In this document: one piece after another, positions 7,971 to 16,694 of the stretch
Layout: each line of letters starts with the position of its first letter
How positions within the stretch are numbered: position 1 is the stretch's first letter
Assembly (NCBI GenBank): GCA_016219165.1
Contig: JACRCB010000013.1
Coordinates: 1-26,179 of the forward strand
Reading direction: 5' to 3'
From: Deltaproteobacteria bacterium
Lineage (GTDB): Bacteria > Desulfobacterota > GWC2-55-46 > DRQE01
Length of the DNA stretch: 26,179 nt
Program-made: the position numbers and the translations under genes
Notes under the pieces: model-generated
Database searches by the model: none
Seen by the model: the letters and a program-made list of their open reading frames with translations, nothing else
What the model was told of the DNA's origin: nothing

Positions 7971-8720
7971 TCATCTATTTTCAAAAGAGTGAAGCAAAAA
8001 CCCGGTCCACCCCTCTTCGGGCTCCACTCCCCCGGCGGCATCGAGGATAAGCGCCTCAAGGGGAATTATCCTTTCCCTGAGCAAACCCTCCGGACAATCG
8101 GGCAAGACCGCCGTATCGAGTGTGAATCTGCCGCTCCTGGTGCGTTTGAGTTCCTTAAGATACGCCCCGCAGCCCAAGGTCTGCCCCGCATCATGGCAGA
8201 GGGTCCTTACGTATGTTCCCTTTGAGCAGACGGCCCTGAATGTGACGCAAGGGAGTCCTATTGCGAGCACATCCATCGAATAGACCTCTATCTCCTTGGG
8301 CTCGCGAGGAACTGTAATCCCCTTCCTCGCTAATTTGTAAAGGGGAACCCCGTTTTTCTTCACGGCGGAGAACATCGGCGGAATCTGTTTTATCCTGCCG
8401 CAAAAACCCTTCAGAACGCGCTCCACATCTTCAGCCCCCACCCCCCCTGTTGCAAAGGTCTTTACCACCCTCCCTTCACCGTCAAACGTGTCTCTTTCCT
8501 CTCCGAGTTTGAGGGTGGCGACGTATTCCTTGCTGCCGCCCGAAAGCAGGTCCGCATACTTTGCGGCGCGGTTTATGACGAGCGGCAACACCCCGGTTGC
8601 CATCGGGTCAAGGGTTCCTAAATGTCCCACCTTCTTTGCGCCGAGGACCCTTTTTGCCCTCAAGACGACGTCGTGGGATGTAAGCCCCTTCGGTTTGTCT
8701 ATTATAAGCACCCCGTCCAT
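7971..8720 (-). CDS. truB: tRNA pseudouridine(55) synthase, short form
   Basis: DKPKGLTSHDVV, GHLGTLDP, QIPPMFSAVK, CSKGTYVRTL, LKRTRSGRF; 249 aa with no PUA-length tail. Confidence 0.96.
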   Translation of the reverse strand: MDGVLIIDKPKGLTSHDVVLRAKRVLGAKKVGHLGTLDPMATGVLPLVINRAAKYADLLSGGSKEYVATLKLGEERDTFDGEGRVVKTFATGGVGAEDVERVLKGFCGRIKQIPPMFSAVKKNGVPLYKLARKGITVPREPKEIEVYSMDVLAIGLPCVTFRAVCSKGTYVRTLCHDAGQTLGCGAYLKELKRTRSGRFTLDTAVLPDCPEGLLRERIIPLEALILDAAGGVEPEEGWTGFLLHSFENR

Positions 8721-8738
8721 TTTTCTTGGTATCCCCCC

Positions 8739-9740
8739 TTAAGAGGGGCCTCCGGCGCGGGCCTTTTTAGCGCCGCCTATGGGCCCGAGAAGGGCCTCTG
8801 AGACGGACGTCCTTACCTCTTCGAACCCGCCTTTGATATTAAACCCCGCGGCATGGGAGTGACCGCCCCCGCCGAACCTTTCAGCCACTGACGAGACATC
8901 AACTTCCCCCTTGCTCCTTAAACTCACCTTGTATTCGCCCGCAGCGCATTCCCTGAAAAGCACCCCCACTTCCACTCCCTCTATGGCCCTTGCGTAATTT
9001 ACAAACCCGTCCGTAAGGTCCTTATCGCCCCCCACACTCTTTAGCATGTCGAGCGTTACCCTCACGACCGCCACCTTGCCCCCGTTAGCGAGTTCGAGAG
9101 TGGAGAGCACCGCACCGAGGAGTTTAAACTTCTCTGCCGGATAGTTTTCGTATACCTTCATGGCTGTATCCCATGGGTCCGCGCCGCACCTTACAAGCTC
9201 CCCCGCCTTCCTGAAGGCCTCCGGGGTCGAGGAACTGTAGCGGAAGGAACCCGTGTCCGTATGTATGGCCACGTAGAGATTTGTGGCCACGTCCTTGGTT
9301 ATCTTTATGCCTGCGCTCACCAGAAGGTCAAAGACTATCTCCCCTGCGGCGCTGGCCTCTGGTACGACTATATTTATGTCCCCGAAGTTGTCGTTGGTTA
9401 CATGATGGTCCATGTTTACTATCTTTCCGCGGCCTTTGAAGGAGGCAAACCCTTTGCCGAGCCTCTCTAACTGCCCGCAATCGACGGCAAAGGTGGCATC
9501 CACCTCCCCCGCGCCGGAAAGCGTGCGGCAGAGGAGTTCGCTGCCAGGCAGAAATCTATAGATGTCCGGCAGTTTGTCTTCGAGATACGGTATGACCTCT
9601 TTCCCTATCCCTTTAAGCGCCAGGGAAAGCCCAAGGAGAGAGCCCACGGCGTCGCCTTCGGGGCTTACATGGGATACGACGATAAACCTTTTCCCCTTCC
9701 TTATCTCTTCTACCGCGGCTCTAAATATGACCTTAACCAT
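8739..9740 (-). CDS. nrnA: DHH/DHHA1 phosphoesterase (NrnA, oligoribonuclease/pAp phosphatase)
   Basis: HVSPEGDAVGS, MDHH, TDTGSFRY, SLRS, GGGHSHAAG; usual position between rbfA and truB. Confidence 0.9.
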   Translation of the reverse strand: MVKVIFRAAVEEIRKGKRFIVVSHVSPEGDAVGSLLGLSLALKGIGKEVIPYLEDKLPDIYRFLPGSELLCRTLSGAGEVDATFAVDCGQLERLGKGFASFKGRGKIVNMDHHVTNDNFGDINIVVPEASAAGEIVFDLLVSAGIKITKDVATNLYVAIHTDTGSFRYSSSTPEAFRKAGELVRCGADPWDTAMKVYENYPAEKFKLLGAVLSTLELANGGKVAVVRVTLDMLKSVGGDKDLTDGFVNYARAIEGVEVGVLFRECAAGEYKVSLRSKGEVDVSSVAERFGGGGHSHAAGFNIKGGFEEVRTSVSEALLGPIGGAKKARAGGPS

Positions 9741-9813
9741 AAAAGTTTTTCTGACGGTCCTTGTACTCGAAAGTTTCCGGAGATGGTCAATAGAGAATCT
9801 TTACAGAAAAGTC

Positions 9814-9958
9814 CGCGTCCAGCACCACTTTTGACACGCACGCCTCGCGCCTGCGTCGACGCCTCACGGCGCGGCGACCCTCGGCTTCGCCGAGAGGCGA
9901 GCGCGGGTTGGCTTTAAATGTTATAGAGAAAGTCCTGTCAAAAGTGGTGCTGGGCGCG
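9814..9958. repeat. Family II palindromic element with two 24-bp internal inserts
   Basis: 22-bp arms CGCGTCCAGCACCACTTTTGAC (9814-9835) and GTCAAAAGTGGTGCTGGGCGCG (9937-9958), 1 mismatch. Core is collinear with the reverse complement of 22331-22423. Confidence 0.88.
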
Positions 9959-9987
9959 CCGGAAAGTCCCTCCCGGGAATCGGCGTT

Positions 9988-10344
9988 TTATCCGCCGCCC
10001 TTCTCCTTTATCTCCTTAATGACCCTCTCTATATGCTCCGAGTATTCGAGGGAGTCGTCGAAGGTAAACGTAACCGACGGTATAAACCTAAGGGACACCC
10101 GCTTTGCGAGGGTTCTTCTTATATAGCCGCTTGCGCTCTGAAGCCCCTCTCTCGTTTTTTCAACCTCTTCCTTCGTTCCTATGAGGCTGAAAAAGACCCG
10201 AGCCTCCTTAAGGTCTCCGGTCATCCTGACTTTCGTAATCGTTATGAAACCTATCCTCGGGTCCTTTATGTCGCCGTGGAGTATCATGGACGCTATTTCT
10301 TCCCTGATGAGATCCCCCACCCTGTCCGAACGCTTGTAGGCCAT
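9988..10344 (-). CDS. rbfA: Ribosome-binding factor A
   Basis: RSDRVGDLIREEIA, IKDPRIGFITITKV, LQSASGYIR, PSVTFTFDDS. Start moved to ATG 10344. Confidence 0.96.
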   Translation of the reverse strand: MAYKRSDRVGDLIREEIASMILHGDIKDPRIGFITITKVRMTGDLKEARVFFSLIGTKEEVEKTREGLQSASGYIRRTLAKRVSLRFIPSVTFTFDDSLEYSEHIERVIKEIKEKGGG

Positions 10345-10435
10345 GGCACCCCACCCTCGAGTCCCTTGCATATTCCGATTATTTGCCGAAGAAGCGGAAA
10401 ACGGGCAATACGGCCGTGGACATATCCTCTCCGCC

Positions 10436-10735
10436 TCATTTAAAAGGAGAACAGTTTATCAGTTCGATATCGTGCTCAATCACCTCAACCATATTAAGAC
10501 CCTCTATGAAATTGAGCACCCTGTCCATGACGGAATTGATGGTGGCCCCGTCGCTTCCGATGGCAGAAACCCCTATCTCCGCCTTCTGCCAGAGGTCCTG
10601 ACTGCCGACCTCCGCCACGGAGACGTTGAAGCGGTTTTTGACGTTCTCTATGACCTTTTTAAGGACATGCCTTTTGCCCTTGAGCGAGCAACTATCGTGT
10701 ATTATAACACCTATATGGCATACTCCTACCACCAT
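10436..10735 (-). CDS. DUF503 (YlxP-like) protein
   Basis: MVVG...SLKGKRHVLKKVIENVKNRFNVSVAEVGSQDLWQKAEIG; usual position between infB and rbfA. Start moved to ATG 10735. Confidence 0.9.
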   Translation of the reverse strand: MVVGVCHIGVIIHDSCSLKGKRHVLKKVIENVKNRFNVSVAEVGSQDLWQKAEIGVSAIGSDGATINSVMDRVLNFIEGLNMVEVIEHDIELINCSPFK

Positions 10736-10801
10736 GGCAAAGACTGCTGAACCCTCGGGGCAAAGAAACACGGCGGCCCTTATACTCAAGATGGGACAAC
10801 C

Positions 10802-13090
10802 TTACAATTTGGCGGCCTCTTCCTTCAATTCGTACGCCTCTATTATATCCCCCTTCTTTATATCGTTGTAACCCTCGATACTGATGCCGCATTCGTAGCC
10901 GGCCGCCACCTCTCTCGTGTCCTCCTTGAATCTCTTAAGGGACGCGATCTTTCCGTCGTATATTACTACGTTTTCTCTTATAAGCCTCACCTTCAGGCTC
11001 CTCTGTATCTTCCCGTCGACGACAAAACATCCGGCGATATTGCCGACCTTGGAAATCCTGAAGACCTCCCTAACCTCCGCCCTTCCGCTCGTCTCTTCCC
11101 TTACTATCGGCTCGAGCATGCCCTCCATGGCGTTTCTTATGTCATCGGCCAGGTTGTAGATTATATTGTAGAGCCTTATATCCACCGATTCATTCTGGGC
11201 AAGCATCTGGGCCTTTGCCTCAGGCCTTACGTTAAACCCTATAATAATAGCGTTCGAGGCCGCGGCCAGCATGACATCCCCTTCGTTTATGCCGCCCGCC
11301 CCCGCGTGTATCACCTTTATGGCGACCTTATCTCCCGAGAGTTTCCCCAGGACATCCTTGACGGCCTCGATAGAACCCTGAACATCGGCCTTTACCACGA
11401 TGCTCAATTCTTTCACCTCGCCCTTGCTTATCCTGTCATACAGGTCGGCGAGGCTTACCTTGGCGGTCTTCAAAAGTTCCTTCTCGTGGCTCTTCCTCTC
11501 CCTCATGGCGGCGATCTGCTTTGCCGTGGCCTCATCCTTTACAACGGCAAACGTGTCTCCCGCCTGCGGCACCCCGGAAAGCCCCAGAACCTCCACGGGC
11601 ATCGAGGGGCCCGCCTCTTCAATCCTTTTACCCCTGTCATTTGTAAGCGCCCTCAGTCTTCCGGAATAAATGCCGGCGACACAGGCATCCCCCACCCTTA
11701 AGGTGCCGTTCTGGATAAGGACGGTGGATACGGGGCCCCTGCCCTTGTCGAGTTTTGCCTCGATTATAACCCCCCTTGCATGGAGGGCGGGGGATGCATT
11801 AAGTTCCAGCATCTCGGCCTCGAGAAGCACCATCTCGAGAAGCTCTTTTATCTTTATCCCCTTCTTTGCCGATACCTCGACAAATATCGTTTCTCCGCCC
11901 AATGGTTCCGAAACGAGTCCGTACTCCATGAGCGCCTGCTTTACCCTGTCCGGGTTGGCCTGCGGGAGGTCTATCTTGTTTATGGCGACCATGATAGGCA
12001 CACCCGCGGCCTTCGCATGGTTTATGGCTTCTACTGTCTGGGGCATAACGCCGTCATCCGCGGCGACAACCAGGACCACTATATCCGTTACCTTCGCGCC
12101 CCGGGCCCTCATCGCCGTAAACGCCTCGTGCCCCGGGGTGTCGAGGAAGGTTATATCGCCCCTGTCAAGATGCACATGGTACGCGCCTATATGCTGGGTT
12201 ATGCCGCCGGCCTCATCGCTTGCGACGTTTGTCCTCCGTATCGCGTCGAGGAGCGAGGTTTTCCCGTGGTCGACATGCCCCATGACCGTAACCACCGGAG
12301 CCCTCGGCTTAAGTTCTCCCGCCTGTGCATCGGGTGCGGCTTCGATAAGCGATTCTTCCTCCACCGCGACATTTTCAACCCCGTATCCGTAATCCTGCGC
12401 CACGAGAGACGCCGCCTCGACGTCTATGAGTTGGTTGACCGTGGCCATGATGCCGAGCCCCATGAGTTTCTTTATTATCTCGCTCGCCTTCACCCCTATC
12501 CTCTGTGAAAAGTCGCTTACGCTTATGGCGTCTTCGACCTTTACCACCCTCTTTTCCGCCTTCGGAACGGTGATCTCGGTCTTTTTAAGCGGCCTCAGGT
12601 GCTGGGGAGACTGTTTGGGATGGGGCTTCTCCTTCACTTCATAGCGCTTGCCCTTTCTGTAGAGCTGTTTTACAGGGAAGCGCTTTTCTTTCCTGACTTC
12701 CTCCTTGAATATCTTAACCTCTCTTTTCGGAACCTTTTCCTTGAGCCTCTCTTTTGCCGGCTCTGCCGCTTTTGCAACCCCTTTTTCCGGAACCGTGGGG
12801 ATTCCGGCCTCTTTCGCCGGGGCCTTTGAGGGCTTTTTGCCGCCTGCCATGGCCCTCTTTTTTTTACCTTCCACCTCTTCCCCTGCTTCTCTCAAAGGTG
12901 TCTTCTTTCCCGGGGCTTCGGCTTGAGCCTCTTTGGTTTCTTCGATTCTGGATGCTTCAGGCAAAACGCTGCCTTTGGCCTTCTCCTCTTTCTCGGGAAG
13001 AGGCCCGGCCGCACGCCTCCTTATGACAGCGGGCTTAATACGCTTTTCCTCAACCTCTGCGGTTGTCTTTTTTTCCTCTTTTTCAGCCAT
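10802..13090 (-). CDS. infB: Translation initiation factor IF-2
   Basis: [62 protein letters not shown]. Confidence 0.98.
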   Translation of the reverse strand: MAEKEEKKTTAEVEEKRIKPAVIRRRAAGPLPEKEEKAKGSVLPEASRIEETKEAQAEAPGKKTPLREAGEEVEGKKKRAMAGGKKPSKAPAKEAGIPTVPEKGVAKAAEPAKERLKEKVPKREVKIFKEEVRKEKRFPVKQLYRKGKRYEVKEKPHPKQSPQHLRPLKKTEITVPKAEKRVVKVEDAISVSDFSQRIGVKASEIIKKLMGLGIMATVNQLIDVEAASLVAQDYGYGVENVAVEEESLIEAAPDAQAGELKPRAPVVTVMGHVDHGKTSLLDAIRRTNVASDEAGGITQHIGAYHVHLDRGDITFLDTPGHEAFTAMRARGAKVTDIVVLVVAADDGVMPQTVEAINHAKAAGVPIMVAINKIDLPQANPDRVKQALMEYGLVSEPLGGETIFVEVSAKKGIKIKELLEMVLLEAEMLELNASPALHARGVIIEAKLDKGRGPVSTVLIQNGTLRVGDACVAGIYSGRLRALTNDRGKRIEEAGPSMPVEVLGLSGVPQAGDTFAVVKDEATAKQIAAMRERKSHEKELLKTAKVSLADLYDRISKGEVKELSIVVKADVQGSIEAVKDVLGKLSGDKVAIKVIHAGAGGINEGDVMLAAASNAIIIGFNVRPEAKAQMLAQNESVDIRLYNIIYNLADDIRNAMEGMLEPIVREETSGRAEVREVFRISKVGNIAGCFVVDGKIQRSLKVRLIRENVVIYDGKIASLKRFKEDTREVAAGYECGISIEGYNDIKKGDIIEAYELKEEAAKL

Positions 13091-13192
13091 TTATATAAAG
13101 ACCTGACGCCCTCTCTTTTTCACCTGTCAGGGTGAAAATCTTTTCGTAAAAATCTTTTTTCCGGAAGTCTTTTAACGGCGCGGCGGGTGCGC

Positions 13193-14512
13193 TTACGCAG
13201 GACCGCCGGGCTTTGCAAATTCCCTCGCGGCCTTGATTATGGCCGCGGCCTTCTTCTCTCCTATCCCCTCTATCTCCCGAAGGGCTTCGGGGGTCGAATT
13301 GAGAATATCCCCCACGCTCTTATAACCCGCCTTGGAGAGCGCCTTGTGTGTTTTCTCCCCGATGCCCTTAAGTCTCATGATATCCTCATTCAAAAGGGCC
13401 TCCTCCGCCTCTCTTAAAGAAGCGGCCGCGACCTCTTTCCTCAGCGACTCCTCAGGCGAAAGTTCCTCTTTATGTGTCTCCTTCGCCTCGCTCTCGGTGT
13501 GGATGTCTATCTTCCACCCCGTAAGTTTCGCGGCGAGCCTTACGTTCTGCCCCTTCCTGCCGATGGCGAGAGAGAGTTGCTCGTCCGGCACTATGACCTC
13601 CATGCTTTTTTCGTCCTCGTCCACGACAACCTTGCTTATCTGCGCAGGCGAGAGGGCGTTTTTTGCCAGTATCGCCGGGTCTTCGGACCAGCGGATGATG
13701 TCTATCTTCTCCCCCTTGAGTTCCTGCACCACCGCCTGAACCCTCGAGCCCTTAAGCCCCACACACGCTCCGACCGGGTCCACGTCGGGGTTGTTAGAAT
13801 CGACCGCTATCTTCGCCCTCTCGCCGGGCTCCCTGGCGGCGGCCTTTATCTCGACTATCCCCTCGTATACCTCCGGCACCTCCATCTGAAATAGTTTCAT
13901 GAGAAATCCGGGGTGGGTCCTGCTCATGGCAACCTGCGGCCCCTTGCTGTCGCTCCTTACGTCCAGGACTATCCCCCTTATCCTCTCACCCTGGCGGTAG
14001 ATTTCCCTCTTTACCTGCTCTTTTTTGGAAAGTACCGCCTCGGCCCTGCCGAGGTCCACCACCATGTCTCCCCTCTCAAACCTCTGGACGATGCCGGTTA
14101 TTATCTCGCCTTTCTTCTCCCCGTACTCCTTGGAGATTATGTCGCGCTCCGCCTCTCTGACCTTCTGGATGATAATCTGCTTTGCCGTCTGCGCGTCTAT
14201 ACGCCCCAACTCGCGCGAATCGAGTTTAAGCCCGAGGCTGTCGCCGACCCTTGCCTCGGGGTCGTGAGTATGGGCGCCTTCAAGAGAGATTTCCCTGTCG
14301 GGGTCCACTACATCCTCCACAACGGATTTGAACACAAAAAGTTCTATCTCGCCGGCCTCTTCGTTATAGCGCGCCTCTATCGCCTTGTTGGGGCCGAACC
14401 GTTTTTCGGCGGCCTTTACAAGCGCGGACTCCAGTGCCTCTACGAGTATCTTCTTGTCAATACCCTTGTCTTTTTCCACCTGCTCTATTATCTGCGCCAG
14501 GTTCGCAAACAT
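13193..14512 (-). CDS. nusA: Transcription termination factor NusA with C-terminal helix-hairpin-helix extension
   Basis: FGRID-like AQTAKQIIIQKVREAER, S1 domain, REPGERAKIAV, VDPVGACVG, LAIGRKGQNVRLAAKLTGWKIDI, then two GIGEK HhH motifs. Confidence 0.97.
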   Translation of the reverse strand: MFANLAQIIEQVEKDKGIDKKILVEALESALVKAAEKRFGPNKAIEARYNEEAGEIELFVFKSVVEDVVDPDREISLEGAHTHDPEARVGDSLGLKLDSRELGRIDAQTAKQIIIQKVREAERDIISKEYGEKKGEIITGIVQRFERGDMVVDLGRAEAVLSKKEQVKREIYRQGERIRGIVLDVRSDSKGPQVAMSRTHPGFLMKLFQMEVPEVYEGIVEIKAAAREPGERAKIAVDSNNPDVDPVGACVGLKGSRVQAVVQELKGEKIDIIRWSEDPAILAKNALSPAQISKVVVDEDEKSMEVIVPDEQLSLAIGRKGQNVRLAAKLTGWKIDIHTESEAKETHKEELSPEESLRKEVAAASLREAEEALLNEDIMRLKGIGEKTHKALSKAGYKSVGDILNSTPEALREIEGIGEKKAAAIIKAAREFAKPGGPA

Positions 14513-14573
14513 CTAACTTCCTCCTTACAAAAGACCCTCTTGCCGGGGATATTAAATACGGGGCAGGTATATT

Positions 14574-14647
14574 CGCCCCAGCACCACTTCGGGTGCCGGC
14601 GGTGTCAGTAAACAACCAGCGTTTGATATCCGAAGTGGTGATGGGCG
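14574..14647. repeat. Family II variant palindrome between rimP and nusA
   Basis: CCCAGCACCACTTCGG (14577-14592)/CCGAAGTGGTGATGGG (14630-14645), 15 of 16 complementary; shares CAGCACCACTT with 9820-9830. Confidence 0.75.
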
Positions 14648-14654
14648 CTCCATT

Positions 14655-15119
14655 TCAGATAACTATCTCAAGCCTCGCCCTGTCTATATTCGATAATTCT
14701 ATCTGACAGAGTTTGCCGTCCGCGTCCTTTACGACGATATTGCCTTCCTCTATCCCCTCAAGAGTGGCGTTCTTAAAATTCCTTCTGCCCTCAACGGGTT
14801 TTTTAGTCCTTATGCGCACCTTATGGCCGACCGCCCCGATAAAATCCTTTTCCCTGATAAGGGGCCTGTCGAGGCCCGGGGATGAGACCTCAAGAGAATA
14901 ACTCTCCGGCATCATGTCTTCCACATCGAGGATGGTTGAGAGTTCACGGCTGACCTTTGCGCAATCCTCAACCGTCACCCCTCCCGGTTTGTCTATCAAT
15001 ATGCGGAGCACCCTCCTGCCCTCCTCAAAAACATATGCAATATCGACGAGACGAACGCCGTACCCCTCCGCCACCGGCAACGCAAGTCCCCTTACCTTCT
15101 CCTCCAGACCCTGTATCAT
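14655..15119 (-). CDS. rimP: Ribosome maturation factor RimP
   Basis: LRILIDKPGGVTVEDCAKVSRELS, YSLEVSSPGLDRPL, GRRNF; first gene of the nusA-infB operon. Start at ATG 15119 (15134 is possible). Confidence 0.96.
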   Translation of the reverse strand: MIQGLEEKVRGLALPVAEGYGVRLVDIAYVFEEGRRVLRILIDKPGGVTVEDCAKVSRELSTILDVEDMMPESYSLEVSSPGLDRPLIREKDFIGAVGHKVRIRTKKPVEGRRNFKNATLEGIEEGNIVVKDADGKLCQIELSNIDRARLEIVI

Positions 15120-15145
15120 CAAGGATATTCCCATGCGCTTTAATG

Positions 15146-15172
15146 AAAAAAGTGGGCCTTCGCCCACTTCTT
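15146..15172 (-). ncRNA. rimP leader attenuator hairpin
   Basis: Minus strand AAGTGGGC-GAAG-GCCCACTT followed by TTTT, between the promoter and rimP; matches the conserved GGGC...GCCC rimP leader. Confidence 0.72.
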
Positions 15173-15180
15173 AAATTATT

Positions 15181-15209
15181 AATCTATCACATGAAAAAAA
15201 TCTTTGCAA
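15181..15209 (-). promoter_or_regulatory. Sigma70-type promoter of the rimP-nusA-infB operon
   Basis: TTGCAA (15209-15204), 17-bp spacer, TAGATT (15186-15181) with TG extended -10, just upstream of the leader hairpin. Confidence 0.65.
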
Positions 15210-15244
15210 GAGTAAAGTTGACCGTCCCCGCATACGGCCGTTCT

Positions 15245-15889
15245 TTACTTCAATGCCGCGAGATACTCCACTATGGCCGCCCTTTCTTTTTTGGAGAAGG
15301 GGTAGGCAGGCATGAACGTGCCCGGTTTTACGGACTGCGGGTCTTTAAGCCATTTATCGAGCCATTTTCTGCTTCTTTTCTGCCCCTCACGCGTCAAATC
15401 CGGGTATCTGGCCCTTCCCGATAGCGGGTCTTCTATCCTGTGGCAGGACTTGCAGTCATACTCCTCTATAAGCCTTTTGCCGGCCTCCTTTTTTGAAACC
15501 TTTCCGAGGAAGTCTTTCCTTATATCCTTCTTGAATGTCTTAAACAAGGCTATGAGGTCTAAAACTTCCTCCTGTGTCTTCCACGGAACCTTCGGCATAT
15601 CGGTATCTTTCAGAATGGAAGGCGGGTCATTGAGCCATCTTACGAGCCATTCGTCAGTCCGTCTCATGGTAACATGGGTAAGGTCAGGGCCGAGAGCGCC
15701 CCCGGACAACTCTATGCTGTGGCATGCCGGACAGCCCCTGCCCCTGAATATCTCCTTACCTTTTTCCGGGTCTCCCGATACCCCGGGCGTCTGCGCAAAG
15801 ACGCTTTGGCAGAGTAGTACAAGGAGGACTAAAAAGATTATCCTTGATGACATAGCCGCCATCCGATGTCCGTTCAACTTATATCTCAC
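15245..15889 (-). CDS. Periplasmic diheme class I cytochrome c
   Basis: Signal peptide (SSRIIFLVLLVLLCQSVFA), CPACH and CKSCH, each followed by PDLT...WL..P...MP, i.e. two tandem His/Met-type domains. Exact start uncertain (GTG 15889 or a downstream ATG). Confidence 0.85.
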   Translation of the reverse strand: MRYKLNGHRMAAMSSRIIFLVLLVLLCQSVFAQTPGVSGDPEKGKEIFRGRGCPACHSIELSGGALGPDLTHVTMRRTDEWLVRWLNDPPSILKDTDMPKVPWKTQEEVLDLIALFKTFKKDIRKDFLGKVSKKEAGKRLIEEYDCKSCHRIEDPLSGRARYPDLTREGQKRSRKWLDKWLKDPQSVKPGTFMPAYPFSKKERAAIVEYLAALK

Positions 15890-15954
15890 TTACACCTCCC
15901 AAGATAACAAGATAAGGCGGCTTGAGAATTATCCGCCGTGTTCCCCCTTGGACA

Positions 15955-16554
15955 TTACATGGCCCCGGGCACCGGTTTAGGAAGTTTCTTCTTTGCCCCC
16001 ATATCTATCCTTCTTCCCTTGCTCAAAGAATAGACGTACGCCTCAAGGTCAACGGCCTCCTGGCTGTTTAAGTCAAGCGGGGCTCCCTTTAGAAAGGTCA
16101 TTATGCAAATGTTATTCTGCCCTCCGACGGTTGAGACGGCCTTCATGGGCCCTATAGGCTTGGGAAAACCAGCGGCCGCGCCGATAAGGGTCGGGATGGC
16201 CGCCTTCATGGCCATTCCCTTCCACTCCATCTCGGCTGCCCCGCCTATGGTGCCCCCTTTAGGATGGCAGGTAGAGCAACTCGTGCCGGTTGCGTTATTG
16301 CCCAGGGTCGTGTCGTTAAAGAGCCCCTCCCCCCTCTTTATCGACGCATCGAGGGTATCGGGCTGCATCTCCATCATCGCCTTCTTCATCGCCTCCACCT
16401 TTTCCGGGGGCATCAATCCATGCCCATCCCGGGGGCCATGGGGCTCCGTCATTTTTTCCATACCCGTCTTTTCCGCGCCCATTTCCGCGGCAACCACGTA
16501 GCCGCCGAGCGCAAGTGAGATAAAAAACGCCATTGCCAATGTTTTTGCCTTCAT
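15955..16554 (-). CDS. Periplasmic monoheme cytochrome c, SoxA/TsdA-like domain
   Basis: Signal peptide, RGEGLF, CSTCH, LIGAAAGFPK, QNNICI (extra Cys), PLDLNSQEAVDLEAYVYSLSKG. GGAGG RBS 8 nt before ATG 16554. Confidence 0.75.
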   Translation of the reverse strand: MKAKTLAMAFFISLALGGYVVAAEMGAEKTGMEKMTEPHGPRDGHGLMPPEKVEAMKKAMMEMQPDTLDASIKRGEGLFNDTTLGNNATGTSCSTCHPKGGTIGGAAEMEWKGMAMKAAIPTLIGAAAGFPKPIGPMKAVSTVGGQNNICIMTFLKGAPLDLNSQEAVDLEAYVYSLSKGRRIDMGAKKKLPKPVPGAM

Positions 16555-16575
16555 ATCCCGTCCCTCCATGAAAGA

Positions 16576-16605
16576 AAGTTAATCACTCCATTGCGGGAAT
16601 GTCAA
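16576..16605 (-). promoter_or_regulatory. Putative sigma70 promoter of the cytochrome pair
   Basis: Perfect TTGACA (16605-16600), 18-bp spacer, TAACTT (16581-16576). Confidence 0.5.
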
Positions 16606-16636
16606 GGCAGGCGGTAAAGGAAAGGACCCGAGACGC

Positions 16637-16665
16637 TTGTTTAACGGAAAAACCTCTGCTATACT
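16637..16665 (+). promoter_or_regulatory. Putative sigma70 promoter of the BON gene
   Basis: TTGTTT (16637-16642), 17-bp spacer, TG-extended TATACT (16660-16665); GGAGGTG RBS at 16684-16690. Confidence 0.6.
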
Positions 16666-16694
16666 CGCCTTACTCGATTGATTGGAGGTGTTCC

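Noticed and set aside
9960-9969. GGAAAGTCC, resembling the RNase P RNA 5' signature
   Set aside because: The remaining space is under 30 bp before rbfA and no other RNase P conserved regions are present.
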